Notes under the pieces: generated by a model | Told to the model about the DNA's origin: nothing | What the model saw: only the letters and a program-made list of their open reading frames with translations | Databases searched by the model: none | Source of the DNA: Octopus vulgaris | Lineage: Eukaryota | DNA: 64,000 bases | Assembly (NCBI GenBank): GCA_951406725.2 | Contig: OX597833.1 | Coordinates: forward strand, 1,612,001-1,676,000 | Direction: 5' to 3' | Made by a program: the position numbers and the translations under genes | Shown here: in pieces, positions 45,431 through 59,419 of the stretch | Layout of the letters: each line of letters starts with the position of its first letter | Position numbering within the stretch: the first letter of the stretch is position 1

Positions 45431-45559
45431 ATACTCACGCATATATATATTTTCGTAATTGTGTGAATAAATTTAAAACATTATGGTTTTAACGTCATTT
45501 CTTCTGGTATTTTAACACAATTAGCGCTTTCATACATAACGTACTCATATGATGTCAAA

Positions 45560-45905
45560 TGTATATGTATGTATGTATATATGTATGTATGTATGTATGC
45601 ATGTATGCATGTATGCATGTATGTATGTATGTATGCATGTATGTGTATGTATGTGTGTATGTATGTATGTATGTGTATGTATGTGTGTATGCATGTATGT
45701 ATGTATGTATGCATGTATGTGTATGTATGTGTGTATGCATGTATGTATGCATGTATGTATGTATGTATGCATGTATGTGTATGTATGTGTGTATGCATGT
45801 ATGTATGCATGTATGTATGTATGTGTATGTATGTATGAATGTATGTATGTATGTATGTACGTATGTATATATGTATGCATGTATGCATGTATGTATGTAT
45901 GTATG
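45560..45905. repeat. (ATGT)n/(ATGC)n tetranucleotide satellite
   Basis: Seen directly. Confidence 0.95.
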
Positions 45906-46043
45906 GTGCGTCTTTGTCAGTGTCTATGCAAGTGGCAATATGTCTTCTTCATATTTTTGGTGTATATGCATAAGGTGCATATATATATATATACATATAC
46001 ACACATACCATACGCATGCATATTTTGAGAGTGTATACATAAG

Positions 46044-46088
<45 letters not shown>

Positions 46089-46347
46089 AACACGCATACC
46101 ATACGCATATATATATTCAAATGGGTTTCTGGTACATACACATAAGTCTTACACACATATTTACACCAATAGACGCAAAAGCACGTGACATAAATTTCTT
46201 CACAAAATAATTGCAAAACCATGCACAGGTGATTATTCTACAATGATATATAGGTAAGTACATATACACAGATGCATACACAGGTAAGCACATATACATT
46301 TATACATACATACATAGATACGTACATACATACACACACATACATAC

Positions 46348-46398
<51 letters not shown>

Positions 46399-46859
46399 CA
46401 TATAGATAGATTGATAGTTTTAAGAGACAGAACCACCTTCGAGAAACTCAGTCAACATTGAACGACATTATCTACAATATAAAACTATATATTATCAAAA
46501 TTGATATCTGCAATTACTATTCTGAATCATATATTAAATTACATAGACAACGCGCGTTTCATGACAATATATCAATTGGTATTGCTGAAATAGAAGGTCT
46601 CGAAATTCTATACAATATCAGTCCGACTGTACTGCCAATCTTCAGGTCTGGATTATATAAAACTATTTTACTATTTATAACCTGTATAACGCCATGACAA
46701 TCAAAATTATACAACTAGAAATCGTCGCAATAATAAGGAATAAAATTAGAAATAATAAAGATAAGAAAAAGTAATATTATTATTATCTTTTTGGAAATTC
46801 TGTCGCCGCGAATCAATGATGGCTTCTAAGTGAACAGCGTATTATCCAACCTTGAGATC

Positions 46860-47150
46860 TCTGTTGTAGTACTGCTGGTGTCTTTGTCAGTGCAGAACAT
46901 TCCACTCTTATGTGGCCCTTCTGGCAACATCTCTAGCAGCCTGGATTTCTGCCCTCCACTATAAATCTTAATACCACCACCTCACCCACCGTTATGGTGC
47001 CGACCATTCTTTCAGTGTCCACCGGTTCAGCCTGGATGATTATCTCCAGAGTCTGCCCTTGCCAATTCTTTGGTGGCGATCTCGTGACTTGGAGGACCTC
47101 TATCTTCTCTTCTACATTCAGTAGTATTGCAGCCACCTCCTGGGAATTTC
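46860..47150 (-). pseudogene. Gag-like LINE ORF1 remnant with CCHC zinc knuckle
   Basis: RFIVEGRNPG-C*RCCQKGHIRVEC (CX2CX4HX4C at 46897-46938) with an in-frame stop. Confidence 0.6.
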
Positions 47151-47569
47151 TACTTTCATGTGTATTTCCTATATTTCGCTCTTTTGCAACACGTTAAATT
47201 GCTTGGGATGTTCCTATCCGAATTTTGGCGCGTCACTTGGGTTTGTTCCTATAATAAAAGTTTCATTTTATAATACGTTACGTGTAACGTTTCGTCTATT
47301 TGGATCGTTGTTTTCGCTAGTGGTGTTTTTAATAGGTTAGGCTTTATCAAATAGAGCTGTATAACGCAGTTATTTGCTTGAGTTCCGTGAAGCATTTTAG
47401 AGAGGATCAGCAAACTCCAAGGTTCGGACGAAGTTCAATATGTTGCTTCACCTGTGGACGCTACAAAACGTCGAAAGATCCTCACGAGAGGACGCGCGTC
47501 TATGCAGTCACACAGTTTGCTAGAAAGCTTTAATCTTCTACAAATAATATATGCACATATGATATTATT

Positions 47570-47745
47570 TTAGTTGTTTCGTTTGTTTTTATGTTCTGAG
47601 TTCAAATTCAACCGCGGTGGACTTTGCCTTTCATCCTTTCGGGGTCGATAAATTAAGTACCAATTTCGTACCAGAGTCGATCTAATCGACTGTCCTCCTC
47701 CCCCAAATTTCGGGCTTTGTGCCTGGAGTAGAAACGAATATTATA
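47570..47745 (+). mobile_element. Family C SINE
   Basis: gttctgagttcaaatt...gactttgcctttcatcctttcggggtcgataaattaagtacca. Confidence 0.8.
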
Positions 47746-47920
47746 GTTATGTTCAATTACAGTTCATTTCCGCATGGCGGCTTATTGGAAACAACAATAT
47801 CAGGCTAATGTTACACTTCAGTAAGAAGACAGTTAAATCTGAATGTGCAATTTCCCTTCTTTTGCCATATTTGTTTTTGGATTCATGGGGCGAGTTCAGT
47901 GACTTTTGAACTGTGAATCA

Positions 47921-48160
47921 TACAGGGTGTTTAAAAAGTCTCTCCGCAATGAAGGAAGTGCTCACGTGGCAGTAAAAATGTAATTAAATTTTATGTGTTG
48001 AGAAATGAAGGACGACACTTTCAACACTTCTTATAAAGGTTTTTAAAGTTTTGTAAAGTCTAATATATTCTTTTGTAGTCTTTTACCATCTTATAAATAT
48101 TTATTTGCTTTATTTTGCAATAAAATACTTACTGTGGAGAGACTTCTGGAAAAACCTGTA
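47921..48160. mobile_element. Tc1/mariner-type MITE
   Basis: Imperfect TIRs tacagggtgtttaaaaagtctctccgca and tgtggagagacttctggaaaaacctgta with TA ends. Confidence 0.7.
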
Positions 48161-49619
48161 TAATAAACCGTGAAAAATATAAAGATGTAAATTCTTATAT
48201 AAACATAAGTAGCATCTATTATATTACTTTTGAGAGTCATGGGCTTAAGGCGCAAAATCAAATTCAATGAATCTATAACAATATGACGATAAAATTCAAT
48301 AAGCCAATAACGGGTTTCAACTTCAATGTAATTTGATGAAGTGACAAGGGCGTATGTCAAGCAATTTTTATGGTTAATATAATTACAATTTTGAAATCTT
48401 CGAGAGATTCGAAAGAAATTAATTATAAAAGTGGAACTCAGAGTACGTAAAGCTGTAAATAAAAGCGTGAAGTATATTTGGGATTAAAAAAGTTGTGCAG
48501 GAAAATAGTCTGATGACTACCTTAAAGGAAATATCTTCGTGTCCCATGGGCAACCTTTGATATTTTTGTATACATCTGCTTTTTTGTTATCCAATATTCT
48601 ACATGATATTATTTATCTATTTCAATTTCCACTGCTAGATATGATTTACTTCGTTTTTATTTTGCATATTTTGAGGTTCAACGAAAGTTGAACTTAGAAA
48701 AACTCCAGAATACAATGCATTTTTATTAGTTTATTTTGGAACATAAAAACATTAATGAAACAAAGCAAACCTGGATGAAATCGAAACCTAAACACATAAA
48801 TTAGATTTTAAATTAGTTACGCGAACGCTATTTGTTGTGTTTATTTTGGGGTTAAAAATTTTAAAAGATAAAGCAGACTATGGTGAAATTCGAAACAAAC
48901 AAATTTATAAGAATGTAACAGAAATATCGAGGTGCATTTATACTACAATTTTTATATCTGTGTCCGGGAGTTGAAGAGAGGTCAAATCATCATCGATGAA
49001 ATTCCAACCAAAAATTGAAATAAAAATCGTGGCTAATTTGCGCTAATGGATTTTGTTATTCTTTTTGAATTCTATGTTTAATTACGCTACACGCTATCTT
49101 TTCTAGCATTTCATTAAGCATCTCCCATATTTCCATTTGAAACTCTATCATACACAATTAGAATTCAACATCATAAATAACACCGCTTTTTTCAACGTCT
49201 CATTTGAACAAAGACGGAAATAGAATATCATATCCAGATGGTGGCATTAACAGAGATGACGGGCAGAGGCTGGTGGCGGATTTATAAATCACATATAAAA
49301 TGTAATAGACAAATACGTAAAAATATAATAACAAATATCAACACGAAGTCATATCAGCAATTCGTATTTGAAATATAACTATGCTAATAAGATATTTTAA
49401 TTTAAAATCATCACGACTGACGGCCTGTCTTTTATAGTATTTCTAAATGTATGTGTATATGTCTGTGCGTCCTTTAATCTCAGCCTGTCTCAATTTACAG
49501 TATTTTTACAATAAAAGTTTCCATTTTTATTCTCATTCATTTGCTGACATTTGACGTTGTTGTTGTTGTTGTCGTTCCTGTTGATGCCTTAGCAGTTCTT
49601 AAAATGAGACTGCATCAAT

Positions 49620-49778
49620 TATGATGCTGCTGCTGCTGCTGCTGCCGCGGTTGTTGTTGGTAGTGGCAGTGGGGACAGGAATAACAACAATTATAACAAT
49701 AAGAACAACAATAAAAAATAACAGCAATAATGATAATAACAACAGTAGTAATACTACTACTACTACTACTACTACTAC

Positions 49779-49811
<33 letters not shown>

Positions 49812-49935
49812 GAAGAAGAAAAAGAAGAAGAAGAAGAAGAAGAAGAAGAAGAAGAAGAACAACAACAACAACAACAACAAGACGAACAAGAAGAAGAACA
49901 AGACGAACAAGAAGAAGAAGAAGAAGATTGATAAT
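49620..49935. repeat. Compound trinucleotide tract (CTG, TTG, AAC, TAC, AAT, AAG)
   Basis: Seen directly. Confidence 0.9.
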
Positions 49936-50215
49936 AAATAAGTACGAAATAGCCCGGCTATGGAAAATGAAGAAGGTGAAGATAGTTCCAATTATTGTTG
50001 GGTCCTTGGAAACAGAATCGGAAGAAATCGAGAGGAATATAAAGGAAATTGGAATAAAGTGACCAGCAGAACTGTTACAAAGGTTTACCTCTTTGGCACG
50101 GTCAGAAAAATCAGGAAAGCATTAGATATCTGAAAAGAATCGATAGCATGGTACTGTAGGCTGCAGGTAGTGAGCCCACTAGGCATGCAAGACTCCAGGT
50201 GCTCCAACAAAACCT
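49930..50215 (+). pseudogene. R4/Dong LINE 3' end remnant
   Basis: KYEIARLWKMKKVKIVPIIVGSL...IKEIGIK following AAT/AAG repeats. Confidence 0.8.
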
Positions 50216-50224
50216 GTGATAAAA

Positions 50225-50555
50225 GATCGTGGTTTCATTCCCAGATCGGGTGTTGTGAGTGTTTATTGAGCGAAAACACTTAAAGCTCCTCGAAGCTCCG
50301 GCAGAGGGGTGGCAACCCCTACTGTACTCTTTCACAAAAACTTTTTCTCACTCTTTCTTCCTGTTTCTGTTGTACCCGTATTTCAAAGGAACCAGCATTG
50401 TCACATTCTGTGTCATGCTGAATTGCGCCGAGAACCTACGTTAAGGGTACACGCGTCTGTGGAGTGTTCAGCCACTTGCACCTTAATTTCACGAGCGGGC
50501 TGTTCCGTTGATCGGATCACCTGGAACCCACGTCGTCGTAACTGACGGAGTGCCA
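50225..50555 (+). mobile_element. Family B SINE, 5'-truncated, tail type 1
   Basis: Matches 6605-6938. Confidence 0.85.
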
Positions 50556-51190
50556 CGTAATTGCTGTTTTTGTTAGTGGTCGTGCTAGTAATTGTGATGG
50601 TTCTGTAGTGGTAATAGCAGTAGTAGTAGTAGTAGTTGCTGTTAAAATTGCGCTTAACAATATTCCTATCATTTTATTGTTCATATATTGGGTTATAATT
50701 TTCATTCCAATGTTGTGAATATTTGTTTCCCTTTTTTCTTGAAGAGTTTGTGTATATATATGTGTGTGTATGTGTGTGTGTGTGTGCACGTGTGTGTGTA
50801 TAAATATGTATGTATATATATGTGTATGTATGTGAGTGTATCTGACTACACGCATATATATATATATATATATATATATTTGTAAATTGTTTGTTAGAGC
50901 TGCCTAGATGAGCTAAAGCTCATAAATGTATATAATAATTTATCATGGTAGTTTTATTAAGGAATCCATTCATAATAAATTTTTTTTAAGTAGTGTTGGT
51001 TTGCCACGTGGATATAGTTTTTAGTTCCATTTATTCTATTTCTCCATTCATAATTTTAAATGACGTTTACTTTCCATGGCGCGTATTCTTTTTATACATA
51101 AGTTATATTTCTATGGTAACGTAATTTTGATTTTTTTAACGGCTTAGAATTTAATTTCACTTCATAATTTGAAACTGACTTATTGGAAGT

Positions 51191-51233
51191 CCACCTGAAG
51201 ATTGTCGATCAAGACAAGAAACAATTGTAGTGG
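51191..51233 (+). ncRNA. Type I minimal hammerhead ribozyme motif
   Basis: ccac-CTGAAGA-ttgtc-gatcaa-gacaa-GAAA-caatt-GTA-gtgg; all helices pair; palindromic helix III. Confidence 0.85.
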
Positions 51234-51320
51234 CGGTTTTTTTGACTATTTATTAAAATTTTATGTATTGATTAAGTCTTTCCTTGTTTGTTTTGCAAAA
51301 TAGTGGTTTTGTCTCTAATA

Positions 51321-51352
<32 letters not shown>

Positions 51353-52225
51353 CATGAATGGTGTCTGTCTGTCTGTCTGTGAGGTCAGGGTTACTCTAAC
51401 TCTTAACATACTGTCCAACATATTTTACGGACTTTTGACACATAGGTAGATCACATGCCCAAAAGTTCAAAGAAGGCTGGAATTTTTAGAAAACTCGATA
51501 ATGCTGAGTTGGCATCGATTTTTGTGAGCTCAATTAGGCGTTTGAATGGAAATTCCCATAACGATGTTATTTTTCCAGCAGCTTTTACATTTTTTGTCTG
51601 ATTTTGATGAAAATCGATGAGTGGGCGAGGCACATGGCAGTAGGTACATGTCAGTATATAGCGTTGATAAGAAATTGATAATTGCGCCTGAGTAGTGGTT
51701 TTATAAAATTAACAGGGTTTTTTGTGTGGATTTTATTTTTGGCCGTAACTTTTATATTTTTCATTCAATTTTAATGAAATTTGAGATGTAGGTAAATTTT
51801 CTGTTTAGGAGAAACGGTAAAAGTTTTAATTTAACTCCAGAGGAATCGGAAGGGCACTAGCGTACATAAGCTTTTCCAGAGACTATTCTATCGATTTTTA
51901 AGATATGTTACACGTGATTTCAGTTCAAGCCCATAAGGTGAATGCGGCATGTAGAATTGAAAAAAAAATCGATAATTGCGCGTAATTAGGGGAATATAAA
52001 ATTTTATTTTCCATATTTATTTTCATGTTTTTATAATAATTACTGGCATCCTTATATATTACTATATTTTATATCTTATATGTTATATGTAAAGAACAAT
52101 ATGTTATATGTTATACGTATGTATATTATTGTAATTATCAGTTTAGTAAATAAAGAAATAAGTTAACATTATATAATGTCTAAAAGTTTATGAACCACCC
52201 ATTGTTCTCCTCCATTTAAATATTG

Positions 52226-52228
<3 letters not shown>

Positions 52229-52286
<58 letters not shown>

Positions 52287-52323
52287 TATACATATATATA
52301 CATATATATACATATATATATGC

Positions 52324-52372
<49 letters not shown>

Positions 52373-52642
52373 TATACATATATATATGCATATATATACA
52401 TATATATATATAATATATATATACATAAATATACATATATATACACATATATACATATATTTATATATATATATATACATATATATACATATATATACAT
52501 ATATATATGCATATATATACATATATATATAATATATATATACACATATATACATATATATAATATATTTATACACATATATACATATATATATACGTAT
52601 ATATACATAAATATACATATATGTATAATATATATATATATG

Positions 52643-52677
<35 letters not shown>

Positions 52678-52750
52678 AATATATATATAATATATATAAT
52701 ATACATATATATATTTATATTTATAATATATATATATAATATATATGTAC

Positions 52751-52786
<36 letters not shown>
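52229..52786. repeat. Long (TA)n/(TACA) tract
   Basis: Seen directly. Confidence 0.95.
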
Positions 52787-52789
<3 letters not shown>

Positions 52790-53206
52790 GAGAGAGAGAG
52801 AGAGAGAGAGGAAAGATGAGCGGGAAAACAGAGTAACAGATTGATATAGATTTAACGTTTAACTTAGTTTGTGTGTACATTATTATGCGATCTTATGTCT
52901 TGATTTAAAATGGGGTGTTTTTCCGGTTTAAAAAATTCTTTCATTATATATTTCTTTAAATATTTTGTTTATTCGACACATATTTTGTTTTCTTTATTCG
53001 AGATATTTTTTTGTTCCAAATGGTAATTTCTGTTTTTTTTTTTTTTTTCATGTTTTATTTCTAAACACAGATAATGGATCCAAGCCATAAATAACTTTTA
53101 TCATGGAAATCTTAATAAAGAATTTAGAGATCGGTAGAAAATGAAATTTTAAAAATTAAGTAAACCTTGTATTCTCTCCTTCAGGCTCCATCTCTCTCTC
53201 TCTCTG

Positions 53207-53270
<64 letters not shown>

Positions 53271-53332
53271 TTCTCTTAAACACACGAATACATGCGTAAT
53301 TATACACACACAGAGAGACACACACAAGCGCA

Positions 53333-53384
<52 letters not shown>

Positions 53385-53760
53385 CATACATACACATGTA
53401 TTATATATGTGTGTGTGTGTGTGTCGTATCGTGTGTGGGTATCGTGTCGTGTGTATGTGTGTGTCTAGGAACAAATATATATTCAAGTAGGTACACGTGC
53501 ACCATGAACACATCCATGTGCACAAACTCCCCACACACACATGCGCACACAGTCTAAACATATTTAATTTGTAGTGATGCCTTTCACGCACCCTCGTTCC
53601 TTCATGCATGGCCAATATACTTCCTATTATCTCCCTTTCTCATTTTCTCTATACTCTCTTTCTTCCCCCCCCCCATCATTTCTTAGATTCCTGCAAATTA
53701 TATGTATCTTTTCTCTCATTCAGAATATAGCAATCAACACACAGTTAATACACATTAGCA

Positions 53761-53822
<62 letters not shown>

Positions 53823-54699
53823 ATACACGAACATATACATATCTATATATATATATACACAAACATATACATACATATAGGTATATATATATGTATGTGT
53901 AAAGACATACGTGCATAAACTTTTTGATAGATAATTCAGTGCCAAATCTATCACCTCCAAATACAAAGCTGTAACATCATCAAAAGCTATTACTGCCACA
54001 CCACCGCATTTACCCAACCATCAACCGCTTCCCCCCCCCCCCCCAGCGCTACCATCAACAACAACATTCGACTTAAATGGCAATAATACCGCCATTAGCC
54101 GACTCTATGCGTCAATTATACCATTAAAATACGTGGCGCCACTATCGATATCGTATGCAATAAACCGCTCCCACGAGCGCCCTCGCCAACTCTGGCACTA
54201 TCGTAAGGTTGGTAGAAGTATAATGGTTGTTTTTAAACGTGGAAATAAAAGCAATATATCTCATCGCAGAGAAGACAATATAATACAAATAATCACCATT
54301 AAACCGATTTATTTACAGAGGTAACATAGGATTTTGAAGTTTTGGAATCGAAAAATAATCTGAAGAATTTTGAGCTGTTTGTTGCAGGAAGAGGGAGGGA
54401 AACTATAAAATGTTTATTTGCTGAAGTTACACGAAAACAATGCAGAAGAATTTAGATTCACTTATGAATCTAAGAAAACCTTCAGCTTTTGTTATTGTAG
54501 TGTTTCATGCTGACGAGACCCAAGGATGCCGAAATACTGGATGTCCCAGAATCCATTAAACTTATGAATCATATGTGTTATGAAGACATATTGATTGTAA
54601 AGAAAAAGTTGTTCTCCTGAGAAGAAACACAGCAACGATTAGAATATTCCTGCACGAATCTCCTGGTTTCGGTCGGCCTTCATATTTTCTAGATAAATT

Positions 54700-55850
54700 A
54701 GTAAAAAAAGAGTTGCCTCTTTGGTTTGCCACTTGGTCAAAGGATGCATAGTTCATGTTTATGTTATTTGGTGTTATGACTTTCCCATAGTTCCGTTCTC
54801 GTTCTTTGGTTGTAGGAGGTGAAATGTGGTTGCATTTTGTTTTTGTTGTTGTCGTAGGTCTCCTCTGTTGCTGTTTATAGTTATTTTTCGATCGTTTTGT
54901 GCCCTTTAGATGGTGGTGGTTGCATTCTGGGTTCAAGCACATCCTTAGTGACACAGAAATTTGGCACAATTTAGAATGGAAGAAGGTGCCTCCATATTTA
55001 GTATCAGGGCCATTGACTCTGTATTTAGGACAGTATTTGGGGTGGAAGTAAGGGCAGTTTTTCCCGTTATACCATATGGACAGGTGCCCTTAACAAGTCT
55101 ACGGCATAAGGTAGGATGGAAAAAAGCACAGCGTCCCTTGTTGGTGCCGCTGGGGCCAAATCTACATTTGCCTTCAGAATGGTAACGACAAAGTTTTTGA
55201 CGTGGGCATAGTAGAGGTTTTTCTATACTCGCAAGCTCGATAGTCAGTCAGTGGTCCTATTGTAGTATCAGTAGCAGACTTGTTGTTGTTGATGTTGCTG
55301 TAGTGGCTGTGAAACTTGACTTGCAACAGTAGGGTTGGGTGGAATCAGGCCAGATAGTGGTGCCAAACAAGGTGCTGCCAATGTAGTGGCAGTAGCAGGC
55401 TGTTGTTGTGGTAGTGAGTCTTGGCTTGCCAAGGTAGTGTTGGGTGGAATTAGGTCAGATAGCGATATTAATGAGGATGCTGTTTGTTGCTGGCTAGCGG
55501 GTTGTTGAAGTGACCCCTGACCTGCTTGAGTTGGGTCAGTTGGTGCACTACATCCATTGACATGTATAGCTTCTAGTGTTGCCATGTGCGCGTGTGAATG
55601 ATGAAATGATCTTATGATTTCTTTTGTTGTTTTCGATCTGTTTTACAGATCTGTAAAAGGATTGTTTTGCTAATTTTTCAGCGATTTTTCCGTAGACATT
55701 AGCTATTACAAATTCGTTATGGTGAGTGTACCAAGCGTTTAAGAGTGCATTGATTTCGGTTCCTAGCCAGTGGCTTTTTAGAATATTATTGGCCATATTC
55801 TGTGGGACAGTATTATACAATGTGCGTCTGTTATTGATGACTTGATGTAT
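54700..55850 (-). pseudogene. LINE ORF1-like remnant with tandem CCCH zinc fingers
   Basis: 54895-55205 translates (one frameshift) to KLCRYHSEGKCRFG...RCAFFHPTLCRRLVKGTCPYG...NCPYFHPKYCPKY...FFHSKLCQIS...CLNPECNHHHLKGTKR. Confidence 0.75.
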
Positions 55851-56247
55851 AATCGTGAATGCACCGTTGAAAAGTTAGTGTCGATATATTCGGAAATATA
55901 TCTGGGTGTGTGTGGGAGAGTTCAGTGTATTTAGTACAAATCAGAACGAGCGGTGTGTTTAATACAAATCAAGAGAATAGAATTGTACTCACGGGACTAG
56001 TTTTAAAACTAGACTTGGGTTTAGTTTTGGTTTATATTTGTTTCTTCAGATTGTATATAAATTTGTGTAAATTTATCCTTCGATGATAGTAAAATAGTAG
56101 AACTAGTACTAGTAGGACTAAAAACAAGGAAAGTTACTGCTGGTATCAGTTATGTATATATAAACGCACATTTTCAGGTTAGAAGATACATATACATATA
56201 TAAAACCTCAAGATATCTATGTATTATATATATATATATATCTTGAG

Positions 56248-56295
<48 letters not shown>

Positions 56296-56687
56296 TATAA
56301 TATTAAATTAGAGATAAAACCACTATTAGGCAAATCAAACAATGAAAAACATAAGCCAATACATAAAATTAATTTAATTTATATTATTTTAAATATATAT
56401 CAAAAGTATTAAATTCGCACATATATACGAAGAAAAATCTGGACCTGCATTTCAACCATTGGGTTATTTAATCGGAATAATTCGGCAGCAAATATATTTG
56501 TGGAGTGAATTAATATATATTTATACATAATTAGGCTAAAGTCATTATTTAATGATTTATCGGTGACCAGCGTATTAACAAGACCATAATGGCCTAATTT
56601 ATATTTTTAATTATAATTGGCCCCGGAAGGGTAAAAGACAAAGTCTGGATTTGAACTAAAAGCATAAAGATTGAAGGATTGCTTCTA

Positions 56688-58206
56688 GTCTTTTACTTGT
56701 TTCAGTCATTTGCCTGCGGACATGCTGGAGCATAGCCTTGAAGCGTTTTAGTCAGAGAAATCGATTCCAGGAATTTTTAATGCTTGGTTCTTAATCTATC
56801 GGTATCTTTTGCCGAAACGCTAAGTTACGACGGCATAAACACCGGTTGTCAAATGGTAGTGCAGAAACACAGACACAAACACCTACACACACACGCACAG
56901 AATGTATGTACGTATTTCTATACTATCCACAAGGGGCTAAACACAGAGGGGACGAACAAGGACAGACAAACTGATTAAGTCGATTACATCGACCCCAGTG
57001 CGTAACTGGTACTTAATTTATCGACCCCGAAAGGATGAATGGCTAAGTCGACCTCGGCGGAATTTGAACTCAGAACGTAGTGACAGACGAAATACCTATT
57101 TCTTTATTACCCACAAGGGGCTAAACATAGAGGGGACAAACAAGGACAGACATAGGTATTAAGTCGATTACATCGACCCCAGTGCGTAACTGGTACTTAA
57201 TTTATCGACCCCGAAAGGATGAATGGCAAAGTCGACCTCGGCGGAATTTGAACTCAGAACGTAGTGACAGACGAAATACCTATTTCTTTACTACCCACAA
57301 GGGGCTAAACACAGAGGGGACGAACAAGGACAGACAAACTGATTAAGTCGATTACATCGACCCCAGTGTGTAACTGGTACTTAATTTATCGACCCCGAAA
57401 GGATGAATGGCTAAGTCGACCTCGGCGGAATTTGAACTCGGAACGTAGCGACAGACGAAATACCTATTTCTTTACTACCCACAAGGGGCTAAACATAGAG
57501 GGGACAAACAAGGACAGACATAGGTATTAAGTCGATTACATCGACCCCAGTGCGTAACTGGTACTTAATTTATCGACCCCGAAAGGATGAATGGCAAAGT
57601 CGACCTCGGCGGAATTTGAACTCAGAACGTAGTGACAGACGAAATACCTATTTCTTTATTACCCACAAGGGGCTAAACATAGAGGGGACAAACAAGGACA
57701 GACATAGGTATTAAGTCGATTACATCGACCCCAGTGCGTAACTGGTACTTAATTTATCGACCCCGAAAGGATGAAAGGCAAAGTCGACCTCGGCGGAGTT
57801 TGAACTCAGAACGTAGCGACAGACGAAATACCTATTTCTTTATTACCCACAAGGGGCTAAACATAGAGGGGACAAACAAGGACAGACATAGGTATTAAGT
57901 CGATTACATCGACCCCAGTGCGTAACTGGTACTTAATTTATCAACCCCGAAAGGATGAATGGCAAAGGATGAATTTGAACTCAGAACGTAGCGACAGACG
58001 AAATACCGCCAAGCATTTCGTCCGACGTGCTAACGTTTCTGCCAGCTCAGGCTTCTTTGGGCTTCCATTTGCCAAATCCATTCACCAGGCTTTAGTCGGG
58101 CCGAGGCCATATTAGATGGCAGTTGCTCAAGGTGTCACACATTGCAACGAAACCCGGAACCACGTGACTGGGAAGCAAGCTTCTCGCCATACATCAACGC
58201 CTGCGC
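56688..58206 (-). mobile_element. Old family A SINE split (56688-56912 and 58049-58206) by a nested insertion
   Basis: The tail half ends at ...gtatgtacg and the head half resumes at aggcttcttt, adjacent positions in intact copies. Confidence 0.75.
56913..58048 (-). repeat. Tandem array, 6 x 184 bp, of family C SINE body plus a single head
   Basis: Unit starts at 56913, 57097, 57281, 57465, 57649 and 57833; SINE 5' head only at about 58007-58048. Confidence 0.95.
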
Positions 58207-58487
58207 AAACGCTATATTAGTAAAAAAAACATAGTTAAGCATTCAGAATCAGGTCCGATACGAAGCATCAGCTGTATGCTTATCTACTTTGCAGTCTTAT
58301 GTTTTCAAGTTCTGTAATAAATAATTATAAGGTTATAAATGAAACGATGTTTGTTGTAAATAGTTTTTTTCTTTTCGAGAACTTAATCCCAAGAGTCTGG
58401 AAAATAACAAGTAAATATGATGAGCGGCATTATCTGTTCTAACTTTTCTTTCCCTTTTATTCACTGAAAGGTAGATAGATAAATAGA

Positions 58488-58523
<36 letters not shown>

Positions 58524-58550
58524 TATATAGTTACATAGACGGATAGACAC

Positions 58551-58611
<61 letters not shown>

Positions 58612-58863
58612 CAAGCAGACAAATATATTACTAGACAGATTAATATACATATACGCATATATATATGTATATATATATATACATATACGTGTGTGTGTGT
58701 GTGTGTGTGTAGACACTCATGGTTGGTATAGAAAGAAAGAAAGAATTTCTGAGTACGATCCGAGAGCTAGATTAGCATCTGTTTCAGGTCTCTGGAGTCT
58801 GTGGTTACTGACAAATACGGACGCATCAGTTCACGTACATAAGCAAACACACACACACACACA

Positions 58864-58929
<66 letters not shown>

Positions 58930-58974
58930 TCTCTGAAGCACAGAATCGCATAAATGTAAATATATATTGATTAT

Positions 58975-59193
58975 TTTCAAAGTTTTGGCAAATGTTCACC
59001 TGCTACTTATTGTATCAACCCCTACAAACTGAAAGTCGAAGTTGATCTCGGTGGAATTTGAACTCAGAACGTAAAAAAAAAAACGGGCGAAATGTCGCTC
59101 AGCATTTCGCCCGGCGTGCTAAAGGTTCTGCCATCTCGCCGCCCTGAATACCAATTTAACATTTTGGCACTAGGGTAGCAACACACACAGACA

Positions 59194-59241
<48 letters not shown>

Positions 59242-59385
59242 CACACACACACAATACCGAGTTTTCAACTCGTACTTACGCTATCGATCCCGAACAGGTA
59301 AAAGGCGGAATATGAACTCAGAACGTAATGACGGACGAAACGCAGCTAAGGACATTTTCCGGCATGCTGACGTTTATACTTCACT
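58975..59385 (-). mobile_element. Two degenerate family C SINE copies
   Basis: ggaatttgaactcagaacgta and agcatttcgcccggcgtgctaa motifs, twice. Confidence 0.7.
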
Positions 59386-59419
59386 CTTTTATCAAGATTT
59401 TCTTTCCTTCCTCTATTCT

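Noticed and set aside
54505-54550. Hammerhead candidate CTGACGA...GAAA
   Set aside because: Helix I and helix II pair poorly; not supportable from one copy.
56198-56256. Short hairpin aaaacctcaagatat...atatcttgaggtttt
   Set aside because: Small fold-back inside TA repeats; no independent evidence of function.
56913-58048. CRISPR array or hammerhead retrozyme array
   Set aside because: No unique spacers; no CUGAnGA...GAAA core seen on either strand; units match a dispersed SINE.
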